DNA from: Tubulanus polymorphus
Lineage: Eukaryota; Animalia; Nemertea
Direction of reading: 5' to 3'
Assembly: GCF_964204645.1 (NCBI RefSeq)
Contig: NC_134025.1
Location: 6,076,001-6,140,000, forward strand
Length of the DNA stretch: 64,000 bases
In this document: one piece after another, positions 27,889 through 40,090 of the stretch
Numbering within the stretch: position 1 is the stretch's first letter
How the letters are laid out: the number at the start of each line of letters is the position of its first letter
Notes under the pieces: generated by a model
Told to the model about the DNA's origin: nothing
What the model saw: the letters and a program-made list of their open reading frames with translations, nothing else
Database searches by the model: none
Program-made: the position numbers and the translations under genes

Positions 27889-30795
27889 TTACCAAGTTCG
27901 CCCGTTCAGTAGGTAAGACGACGTTGACATATTATTCGCGTTCACCGAAGAGCTAGTCGGATAACTTTCGTATTTGATAGTGTTTAAATTTGGTACATTG
28001 GTCAGATTTTGAGACGTTCCATGCGACGACATGGTAACATTAACAGATCCGTTCGTGTTATCATGTCTATTAGCGCTGTGAGCTTGTTGTTGCTGCGAAC
28101 TCACTGTTTGTCCCGTTTGTCCGGTCTGACCGTTCGACTGAGAATCAGCGCCCGTGCACGGTTTCCCGTCCTTTACCAAGACGGGCACGGCTACTCTTCG
28201 AGGTGACGGTTGGCACGAGTTATTGATAGTTTGCGAGTCCATCTTTTCCTTATCTTTCTGCTGGCGTTTACACTTATAACGGTGGTTTTGGAACCATATT
28301 TTGACCTGGGTAGGAGTAAGATTAATCATGCTGGCTAGGTGCTCCCGTTCCGGCGCCGACAGGTACTTTTGCTGCTTGAAACGCCTTTCGAGTTCATAAA
28401 CTTGTGCTTGAGTAAACAAAACACGTCTTTTCCTTCGTTGGGTTAAAGGAAATTGCATTCCAGGATGCTTATTGTGGTCTAGGCCACCGAGTCCCATGTT
28501 CATATTCATACTTGATGACATTCCCGACATCGAACCGCATGAATTCGGTCCCATGAGTCTTGAAACTGAAAATAGAAAATCGACACAATCTTACAATATG
28601 CCCATGTATAGACCTTGAGGAAAAAATGTCACCTTTATTCTGAAAATATGGGTAAAAATATAAACAACGGGCAGCTGTTTATGGCGTCGATAATTTTTTA
28701 TCATTATGATATATCAGCAACATATGCGCTATGAAAAAATAACAGCGACATTAAACAGTTATTTCATGGTTTAGATATCTATTGATGAGTAAGCTATGAA
28801 TAATTGAAAATCATGAAAATAAAGGCCATCAGAATTAAAACGGGTCCCCAATAATCGAGCGGGTTGCGGGTAGTTTAACGTAAGTAATTCTTATTTGAAC
28901 AAGCGTCGATAATCCAAGTAAAATAAATGACTAAAAGGTCTCTAACTTCACCACAATTCACATCAAATATTAGATTTGAATGAATTAATAATATTTGTAC
29001 AAAGCGCGTATTCAGGCATTAAGAGCTATTTCATTACGAATCGTACACGCAGTTAAAGGAGATCGGCAATATTTATGAAGGATTTGAAATTAGATTTTGA
29101 CTGGAATTAGATTCCGAAAAAAAAATTTGATCCATCTTGCATTTCGGTAAGAATAAGTACGCAATTGATCCGGGAGTTGTCCAAAACTATATCAAAATGG
29201 TGAAAATTGAATCCGATAAACAAGGTCTACGATAAGCTATACATAAGGAGTGATTGCACCGAGAAACACGGTTTCCTGATCGCTAAAATAAATAGTAGCA
29301 ATAATTGTCTTTAAAATTCGATTATATCGCGTGAACCTGTCACCGATAACAGTTCAGATATTGTCTGATCGAACTGTATGTTGACATCTGACGACATTAC
29401 ACGTGAAAAATTAGATAAATCACTCGCTTCCATTTTGCGCCGGCTGAATGAAATGAAATAAATTTCGCCCCGTATTCATTTATGAAAGCAGTTTTATTGG
29501 CCTGTATTTATCTAGCAGATAGTCGAGGCTCCGCGAAAATGTTTGTAATAACATTGGCGTCTCGGGCGTCAAGTCGCCGAGAGAATCCTAGACAATTTAC
29601 TCTTTATCTGCTCGTGATAGCATAACCTCAATTTCGAATCACATTATCGAGATAAAATTGCGTTTAAATCTTAAAATTCTATCATTCTATCCTGGTCTCA
29701 ATGCTGACACGATTGTAATCTATAGATAAATTCTCAATTAATAAGAAAGTCAGGTATATGTATTATGAATTATTGCATAAATAGATAGAGATTTCATATG
29801 ATATAACATATATACATTTAGTATCTACGAGTTGGAACGACTCAACATTTACTAATGCGTACAGCTATAAGCGCTTGAATTAAATTATTTAGCCGCGGTA
29901 GAAATACACATAATTCGACACGTAATTATGAATATGCCGTTTGAGATAATTATTTTCTTATCTTCGAATTTAATTGTGAAATATTCAATATCGATTGAAC
30001 TAGAATCGCGGATCGAATTGGGTCAAAATTTCTTTTCGATAAGTTGAGTAGGGGAGTTGACATGAATAACGGGCTTTCAGAGGCAGCTAGACGCAAAAAT
30101 GTGAGTCAAAAAACCTAAGTGTATATCTATACACTCCTAGAGCCCGATATACTACAGAGTATATAGTTTTATAAAGGTGAATACTGGCTGAAGTATCATC
30201 CACCCACACAGAACTGCTCTCCACTAAGTGCCCGTCCCAACATCTCTATAAGAGTTCACGTTTCAATCGAAATATGGACCACTTCATTACCACCGCGGTA
30301 AACATAGTTTCCATAGATGTCCAATTTCATTACAAGTAAACGAAAATTGAAGTTGCTAGAAGTTGCTCTATTACCTAATCTAGATCCAATTCGCGCATAG
30401 TTCTTAAACACGTATTAAGTCCGTATTAGCTACCTGCAAAAAATACGATTATACTTACTTGCAAATCTCGGGTCCGGATTGGCTCCGTACCAACTCGAGG
30501 TGCTGTGACGACTCGGGTCTCCATAATGACTTAATTCTGATCCGTTGCAATACTGAGTAGGAAAGGACGGCGTATGATGGGTAAGCTGCGGCACATAATT
30601 GTGATACGGACTGGCGGTCACTGGAACACTCATGCTACCCATACTGGTCATGCTGCTCGGTTGATGAGGTGGACTACGATACGGGGCAAGCGGCGGGATG
30701 CTTGCCTCAATTGATGTCTTCTTGTAAGCTTCTTCGATCGGACTCAAGATATCGCTGACTGAAAATGGAGTAGTGTGTTTAGGGCTCAATGACAT
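27889..30795 (-). CDS. Nkx2-1: NK2.1 homeobox transcription factor (Nkx2.1/2.4, scarecrow orthologue), 2 coding exons: 30795-30459 and 28565-27889, 337 aa
   Basis: N-terminal TN/eh1 motif ([17 protein letters not shown]), Tyr-rich region ending [11 protein letters not shown], homeodomain [55 protein letters not shown] with the NK2-diagnostic Tyr54, NK2-[19 protein letters not shown] and C-terminal GRTW. Phase-1 intron A|GTAAGT...TTTTCAG|TT gives DPRFAISRLMGP. Confidence 0.97.
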
Positions 30796-30951
30796 CGTCC
30801 AAGTTAAAATGAAAAATCCTTGTGTTGATAATACCCTTATATATGATGCACCGCCTAGTTATGTCACAAACTCTACAATGAGTCCTTCTGGGTTTCCCGG
30901 CTGTTTTCTATATTCAACTCATTCTAGCAAATGAGAGCGCTCCATTATACC

Positions 30952-30963
30952 CGCGCATGCGCA
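30952..30963. promoter_or_regulatory. NRF1/EWG-type palindromic site upstream of Nkx2.1
   Basis: CGCGCATGCGCA matches YGCGCATGCGCR, about 160 bp upstream of the ATG. Confidence 0.5.
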
Positions 30964-33900
30964 TTCTATTGAACAAGTCCGCCGGCGGTAGGAGGGTCTA
31001 TCTAATAACAGGTTAGGCTCCATTGCTCGCTCCCGAACTCAATTTAGAGCGCGCGACGGGTATTTCAAATTTAATAAAATCGAGCAAAACTGCAAAAACC
31101 TACCTTGTTCTGAATGCGTCGAATAATCCATGTTTTCGGGATCTTCTTTCCAAAGAAACCAGTCAAAAATGGAAGTTATCGGGCAACTGAATGAATATTT
31201 CTAGACGAATAAATGTATGTTGATCGACATCCGACGAGTTCACTCAATCTATAATAAAGGCGGAGCTGATCGTAATAAATTTAGATCAATGGAACTACGA
31301 TGCACGTCGGCGCGTCGACGTGAGGACACGGTCAGGTTTTGAGTGACATGTCGGCATATTAATTCCGACCTAATAATGGTCGTCAAATCGTCTTCGTTTT
31401 CGACGTTGTATTTGCTGTTGAGATAGAGCGGTCAGACAGTCACATGCTCCGCAACTGTCGCGGATCAGCCGTCAACTTTCGACGATGTCGATGTTTTGAG
31501 TTATCGTGTTTTGAACTATCTGAACATGACGAAAGGTTTAGCAAAAATAAATATTAATTTTGATTTCGTTTCTTCAAGTTCTCTATTCGGATACAGAAAC
31601 AAAGAGACACAGACTACTTATTAACTTCATGGCAATTTGTCTATAGTGGCATAATCAATTAAGAATGAAATGAGATTTTTTTTCAACAATTAGTATCAAT
31701 TTAAAGATTCCACACGTCGCTTGTTAGTGCTAACGCACGGCCATGTTGGCCCTATCTGTCAATCATGATCATATAGACCAAATAATCCATTTCACGCTAC
31801 AGAAGAATAAGACGGCCATAAGATTTCCAGTCCATTTTGTGGTCTTTAGTAAATTAAACTTGTGTTAAATTGGGACTTTATTCAATTGGGTTCTGGTCGG
31901 CCATTGTCGTGCAAAATGGGGAGATACATGGCCCTTGAAAGAAACGTAGATTGACTATTGTCACTCGTTTGACATCGCGAAGGAGCTAGCGACAATAATT
32001 CCCGGCTTTTTTCGAATATAAAAGCTTACTGTGAATATATAATGTACTTGGGGGGTTGGCAATTTTATATCATGTATTAATTGATGTTTATAGAAACCTA
32101 TACCTCAAAAAAGACGTACGCATATTTCCAGACAAGTGAAATGCGTGCACAGATTATCATTCAAATCAAGATATTAACTTTTTATATGTTCATCTCGACA
32201 ATAAAGGTAAACTTCATCTTTAGATAGATCTTACTCCGACCATTTTCATAAAATACAATATTTTTACTTGTGGTGACGAAAAAGCATAAAGCTTCAATTG
32301 TGCTTAATTTACGTACATCTTTCATCGAATATATTCCACGTACATTTTGCGCGTTCACTACTTACAAAAGCGAGCTATCTGACATTCTAGTTTCGAACAT
32401 CGAGTTTTATAGGCACCTAAGATTAAATGTTAAAGAGCCAAATTAAGCAATTTAGCAAATATAAATATTGAATTTGTCGAGACGCGTGTTTATTTCAAGA
32501 ACCGGTTCTATCGAGGTTTATGCTTTCCTATTTAACCGGGGCCGAGCGTTTCTGAAACCCAATAACTAAATCCTCTAAATCACTACTGTAGAAGATTGTC
32601 GGGGCGGAGAAAATAAATTACTAAAGGGTTCTTTCATCTTCTCGAATCACCGGGCACAATGGTATAATAAGTGGATTTACACTGAGTGAATGGAGCTTTG
32701 TAAAGCGAACGTATAATTTAAATTCAAATAGTGTGTAGGATTCTATCAATTTTATCATAATTACTTATTCTGACACTTCAGTCAAATCTAGTGTCCGCGA
32801 ATGAGGTTTACATGTATATGTATCATCAAGATGATTTTGTCCACAGCAAAATTATTGTATTACGAAAGTATTTAGTATTCTCTCACGAGAAAGGTAAAAA
32901 AACAACATCATAACCTCGTCGTCAGAAGCATACTAATCGCAATATGTTAGAAACATAGTTATCGCAATATTTTGAATCTTTTGAATTGATATGTTATTTT
33001 CTAGCCAGGCACGGATTGCTCCGATTTCTAGCGATCAGTCGTGGATATTTTACCCATAGGAGAATTGATTTATACTTCGAAAACATTCGTGCAAAAATAT
33101 TCAATAATTGACCATACGAGTTTCGGTATTCCTGTTACTTCCTTTTTTGTAATTTACATATATGTTTCAAAAATCAATGCGCCCATATTATTATTCTTGT
33201 GATTACGATTCAAAAAATTTCAATAATTTTCAATATTCATTAAGTTAGCTATAATGCCGCGCATCAGGGTATTTTAAATAACATTTCCATATTTTGCCGT
33301 ATATAGATATTTAATCACATGTAATATATCGTATACCTTTTTATTATGGTGAAAATTCAAGAAGAATATATGTAATATTTCCAAGCAAATGATAATGATG
33401 AGAATAGATGGTTGAATTTTCTAGAAATTTAAGTGAATATTTTAGGAAATATTTCGTCATTTGAATCTGATATTTGAAAAGACCTATCCTTCTATGTATA
33501 GATATCTAAGGCATATTATTAGCACCAGCTTTTTTATTTCTAATAAAAGGATTTATTACATATAACGAATATTATCAATCTACGTGCAAGTGTTATTTTT
33601 TTGCTAACAATTTTGAGAATATATCCAGTAATTTAAGGCATGAAATAAACTGACTATTTAATGGAAATAAACGATCGGCATCATTTGAATTATTATTGGC
33701 AGAAAATGTCCGCTTTAGTTTGATATTGATGTAACAACCAAACTGACAAGTATAGAGTGAATGTTTGGAAAAACATCATAATTATGATCACCATTTAAAT
33801 ACGATGTTTTAACAAATATATCATTATGGATTGAAAGCAATATCAAGTGAGATTATTGTCATTGTTATTGTTAATATTAGGCCAATTAATCACGGGGAAA

Positions 33901-36900
33901 ATGAATCTTGTATTTTGAAAGACACGGCACGACCAGTGGAGTGGGGTACGAAATTTACACCCAAAGTGTTAGCAAAATGTCCGTTGTTTTTCTTTGCGCG
34001 CAATTAACCTTATGATATTCGAGATGTCAAGAAAATCACGTAATTTTCGAATTAAGCGTGAAAAGGGGTACTTGTAGGAATAATGTAATTTCAAAGGATT
34101 ATTGCAATTTTCTGATAGAAATATCAAAGTTACTCATGCACCACGCAACCGAATACTGAATTTCAAAATTTCTATTAGAATTCTATTGCGCCTACAAATA
34201 TCATTTCGATTAACCTTTCCTCTTTGTTTTGTGCTTATTTTAGCTAAATCGAGCTCATAATTTCCTTATCGGGATACTAGTAGTGGTGGAAATAATGATA
34301 ATGATTCTAAAATTTCATTTGTTATAGACGATGAAAGTTTGGCTATACTCGCGAAAGAGCCGTAAATTATACGACGAAAGAAATGTATTAACAAGATTCA
34401 AAAGAAGTAAAAGTATCCAAATAATTAATCTATAAGTAGATATTATGTAGTAATTATAGTAATAATTATAGTAATAATTCATCTATCAAATGTTCATTAA
34501 ATGTAAGATATTTGCGCGCGTGCGGTTTGGCTGCTAATCCTTTTATATTTCAGGAAGATAATTCTGCGCTTAATCTTGGAATTCGGTGCTATGAAATAAG
34601 ATACTAGATTTATATGTGACAATATGAAAATAAACAACTTTAAATGATTTAGAAATTATTTTGGGAAGTGCAAAACGTATAGTTACGTTTTCATCTAAAG
34701 AAATGCATGGGAATACCAATTCCTGCTATAATATAGTTATTTGGCTTCGGTATGTTATATCTGATGGATATTCCATTCTTGTATTTATGCGCGGTAGGAG
34801 GAATTCATCTGAAGCCTTTTAAAATTGATTGATTCAAGCGTTTGTTTCCGCTGAAATGGAGTATCATCGGGCGTTGCCTATTAGGTATATGCTTTTCATA
34901 ATAACATATTTAGATTAAATAATTTTTATCTTTACATTTGTGGTAGAGATATACCGCTTCTGCGTTCGGTTTTTATTGTTTTTCTAAATTCTTTCCGCAC
35001 AATAAAAGGTTTAATTAGAATGTTGTTGGAAGCAATGAAAATTGAAACTCATTTCATTATTGAGTGATACGTGATCTTTGTTGTTTATCTATTTCTGGTC
35101 CGTGTCAAATGCTGATCGCTGAGAGAAAAATGCCGATAGAAAAATGAAAAATGAAAAATAGCAAGCAGAATTCGATAACGCGAATTATATAATTGTATCG
35201 AATTATCAGATACTAACCAAATAATGAGATTTCTATTATCCGTCGGTCAGGCTTCAATGCCTCGGGGTTAATTTCTGCGCAAAAATATCTCATCGGCGCC
35301 CCCTTTCAATTTTTTTTAGAACTAATTAGTTCTTCCCGTGACCGCTGAGGGCGCCGCTTCCAACGCTTGACGGGAGCGAGTTCAATAATGATTTTACAAA
35401 ACGACACAAATATTTCTTTCAGTAAGCATGTGTAAAAAACTACATTTAACGAATCTTATTTAAAACCGTGTAATTTATCAAACTGTTGAAATCAATTAAC
35501 CTATTCATTTAATCTTCTGATTTATAGCTTTCATCAGCGATTTCATCACAAAGGCGCAGTTTTTGATGAAACATAATTTCAAGGAAATTCAATGTATAAC
35601 TTTTTCACAAAATCGTGTCATAAAACAAAGTTATTTCTCCAACTCAGTTGACTGCGACATGTTATTGAACATATTATTTTATCGCAACAAACCTCAACAA
35701 AACCACTTGAAATATGCGCTACCTGTATAAATCTATACTGTAGTGGTTTACGAGATTTCTTAAAATTGAATTTAATCTTATTTTCCACCAAATAAATGAA
35801 TACACATTTTACCATCAAAACGAGCCGTGACTAAATTAATCGCCAGACAGTCGTTTCTAATGCGAGTCGTTCGCCCCCTATCTACTCGTCTAGTCAATAC
35901 TCTTCTGGTCGCTCCACATCAATTATTGGTTGCTCACAATCTCACTGTCATTTCTAAATTTAGTAGTCAAATTTTTATATCTGATGACCTCATTATTCAT
36001 GCATTTTTTCATAAGTTTGTAATCACGAGTGAATAAACTGCCATTTTACTCGGACTCATCACCCTAAACCGTCCATCCATTATAATTGTAAAATAAACGG
36101 TTATTCTCCATCCGTGTAGAATCAATTTGATTTTCATTCATCATAAAAACGCTAACCCAATTCCAGAGGGATAAGATTTGATTCTAGAGTAAAAACATTG
36201 GAAATTAATAAATTTCAACTCGGACACAAACCTAACCAAGAAATATAGAATTGGGTCCTGCAGTCCATGGTCGATATCTAAGATGTATTTTTAAAATCGA
36301 TCAGTGTATCAACTGAAATTACATCTTAACCACGGTGTAGAAACACTGCTTGATTAACATCAATTTCTTCGTACAATAAACAATCATCGGGAAGGTCAGA
36401 ATTGAGTAAATGTAGCTGCAAGAACTTGTAATCTTAGGAAAAAAGTCACGATATGTTCGCAATTTAGTCGCTAGAAAAGAGGGTATATAATCATCATCTG
36501 TTTTCCCGAATCAATTTCCTCGCTCGAGGAAATTGCTTTTCTTTGAGCTATATGATATTTTCCTGAACTTACAAACGTTATTAACATAATAACGGCGTGA
36601 ACTTCGATATGTACATTAATACAGCGTATTAACGAATGACACGGTTGTGTGTCGGTGTGTGTAATCTGCTAATGCCGTTCTATCTCCTGTGATGTTTAGG
36701 TGAAAAAAACCGCGTTAAGTCAATACGATATATACGTAATTTTAAATCATATGTACAATGTTTATTTCGTCAAAGTGTTAACATTTGTATGAAAATTATT
36801 GCAGAACAAAATCATTAATATAGATGGCGTTACGATTTTTTTTTACAATACAGTAGCTTAATTGATGAAGAAATTATCTTGATAAGTAACACTAGGAGCT

Positions 36901-38307
36901 ATCTTCTACGCCTAAACATCCCTAACAAATATTTTCTAATAGTAGTTGACCTGCAAATAGACCACGAGCGTAGAAGCTCTACAAATTTGAAAATATTTGG
37001 ATTACGAGTATAGTATCTTGGTAAAAGGTCTAAAAAGAGTTAATGGAGATCAGGGGAGGATCTATAAGCCTACCGCTCTTGCCACTCGAACGGTACTTCA
37101 CAAAATTCACAAAATTTTGTAAATTTTGTAAATTCTAGGATCTTTCCTTTTTCTTTGCTGTGTCACAGTCTTCTTTGATATATCGGTTATCCAAATCACA
37201 TAATGAATATCATGAAGCGAGAGAATGATTATTCCACGCGTCCGCATTTAAACGAAGTCCTACGGTTTCTGGGGGGGGGGGGGACCCCGGACCGCCCTCA
37301 AGAGATTTGTTCCTGCGACGCCATGATGGCAGTTAGTAAGTTTCTATGCACAGAATTTGAATCTGCAGTGCAGGTTGGAAATATTTAACAAGAAAATGCT
37401 ATGTTAAGAAAATGGCCGATATGATTACTGGTAGGTATAGGATCGCGTAAAACGAATTAGACTAATGTGTTAAACAACAGGAATCGCTAGAATTCCCCTT
37501 CTTTCAATCCACACATCTTACTACAAATCATGGGTACAAGAATAGCTTACATGTTCTTTTATGACACTGAAAGTTGTTCTAAAGTTTTGAATATATCGGG
37601 TAGAGAATTCCGTACCATCGGTCTAGTAACATTCTCAGGAAGAGGAACAATAGATATACACCGCTCGCAGGTGTGATAAGATGGCTGAACTGAAATCGAA
37701 TCAGCCGTTATTTTCGCATCGTCAGGCGTGGAAGATGTTAAATTAATTAACCGTAGGGTAGAATTCAATCCCGGACTACGTTAACGCCACGCGTTTAGCG
37801 GTCAGGAATATCCTACGGTTCGTGGCGGGGTTTTGTCGAAAAAACCCGTTTTCAACTATTCCCTTTTCTGTCATAATACACCGAGCTGGACGCTCCCAGT
37901 TTTTACAACGCATCAACGTTATTGACAATGTTTGTAATTCAATATCAACTCAGATCTCTTTCGCCTTTTCACGGCAAAACACGCGACGTGTTAGTTGTGT
38001 AGGCGAGCTGGCGGAAATTAATGAAAATCCAGTTAACAACCGAGATGCCGGCATAATTAATTAACTATTCACATCTTTCATCAAATAGATGATTTCGCGT
38101 CCTTTAAAAGTGGCCGATTGTCTCATCATTAGTTTAAGTGCCAAACGATAAATAATGTTACGCGTACAAATAATGATAATCGATTCCGCAGCTCACTTTT
38201 TGTGATTCGTCGACCCATCGCGATTATTTTTGAATCAATTTGTCTATCGTTTTATTCAAGCATTGGTTATTGGCTAAGGATGAAAATGAAACTTCGTTCG
38301 AAAATAC

Positions 38308-38476
38308 GAGAGAAATTCCGCAATAATTCAGCCAAAGACGTAAAGAGTAAATGGTTTATATATTTGAGCAACGATCGGCCAAAGACTATCAGATTAGCCT
38401 CATCAGACGTACAGATTCGGTTCGCCTGATGATATCTAAGTCTTTAGCCGAAACGTTGCTCGAATATACAAACCCT
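38308..38476. mobile_element. Degenerate second copy of the palindromic hammerhead element
   Basis: GAGAAATTCCGCAATAATTCAGCCAAA...TATATATTTGAGCAACGATCGGCCAAAGACTAT...CATCAGACGTAC aligns to the left arm. CGCCTGATGATATCTAAGTCTTTAGCCGAAACGTTGCTCGAATATA aligns to the right arm. The centre of symmetry is equivalent. Confidence 0.7.
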
Positions 38477-40090
38477 TTAATCAAGAACTTTACATCTTTG
38501 ATTGAATTATTGTAAAATTTCGTGTAGTGAGTGATCTTACACGGATTGTATCTTCCCGACTTAATATTTTATTCGAAAACATTTTTAAAGGGATGATGAA
38601 TTTTGTACCTTGTATATAATATATACATTATCTTATAGATTATACATTCATTTGATCATTTTTCCGAATTCATCCTGTTAGTATTCCGTCGTCCTATTGT
38701 AAATTGGGTCGTTTAGAATAACACAAGATGAAATATATAGAATCATTATAAACCGATGAGACGGTTATTGATATGCTCGACGACCAATATGCTGAGGATG
38801 TCACGTGAAGGGCTGTATCTGTTTTAATGTTATATTCAATAATGTTGCATATTTAAGGAAATGTGCTTTGAACTATATTAATATTACTTTATCATTACCC
38901 TGAAAGCAATTCAATCAAATCGTGTTTGCTGTACCAAAAACAATCACTTAGTTGATAAATCGTTGGCGGCAATGTATTGAAAATGTTACTTTTCATGTTC
39001 ATCAAGTGTGTATTGAATGTCTATTACAGTCTTTTATCATCACACTTTCTGATAATTGTTTCACATGCAGCATTCCAAATGTATTCATTGTTTTGTCTCC
39101 GTTTTTCGCCGTATCGTCTTTCACGCTTCTCTTCCTCAAAGTGATGAATGAACATTTGAAAAAGAACCACGGGTCACAACGTCTATCGGCATCAGAACAA
39201 CCTAGTATGAGTTTTTGTTTTGATCTTCCTAATCTGATGTTTCACAAGTTGAAGTCAGTCACTCGCTCCTACAGCATCAGTGTGCGGAAAGACTTTCGAC
39301 ACGGTATACTATGATCCTCATTTCATAATAAGAGACATTTTCACGATTTTTGTGATAAGCAAATTAATGAAAAAGATATAAAGAGAATCCCACAGAATTC
39401 CATCCCAAGAAAGATGATCCATGAAGATAACTATTGGGTTATAGGCGAAACGTGGTATCAATAAATCATTAGCTGAAAGGAAACTTTTCGGACTTTTCGT
39501 GTTTCATTAATGGATATTAATGAAACAGAATTGAAAAACACAAAATTTACATCAAGATATATATATTCATTTCTTTAAGAATCTTAAGATTTTATTTTCA
39601 TTTGATACACATATAAACAGGTTGAGCAACTGTACGACGATTGTATATTACAAATATATAGTTGATCAAGCCCCATGATAAGGCACCAATTCAAAGAGTA
39701 TATCTATATATGAATACATTCACAAACGACACCGCAGTGCTGCATCAAGTATTTCGCAAGTAAATACAACATAAGAAAATAGCAGAAAATTAAATAAAAA
39801 CAAAACATGCGTTTTTGGCGATCTGAAATGTTTCCCGAGGTTTTTCCCGGGGTGAAATGCTTCTAATCGTCAAAAGAGAAAGGAATGTCGCGGAAATCAC
39901 GGCTGAAACCTGACATTTTCAGTGGTTAAATTAGTGAATGGATCTTGTAGTGATACAACTCATCTTTTTTTCAAACTATTGTTTCTCCCATCAGAATGAA
40001 TTCGTGTTCGACAAAGGATTTCAGAGAAAATACCACAACATATTCACATTCAAAACAGATGGTCGGTTGATCTTTTCACTATTCCGCAAT

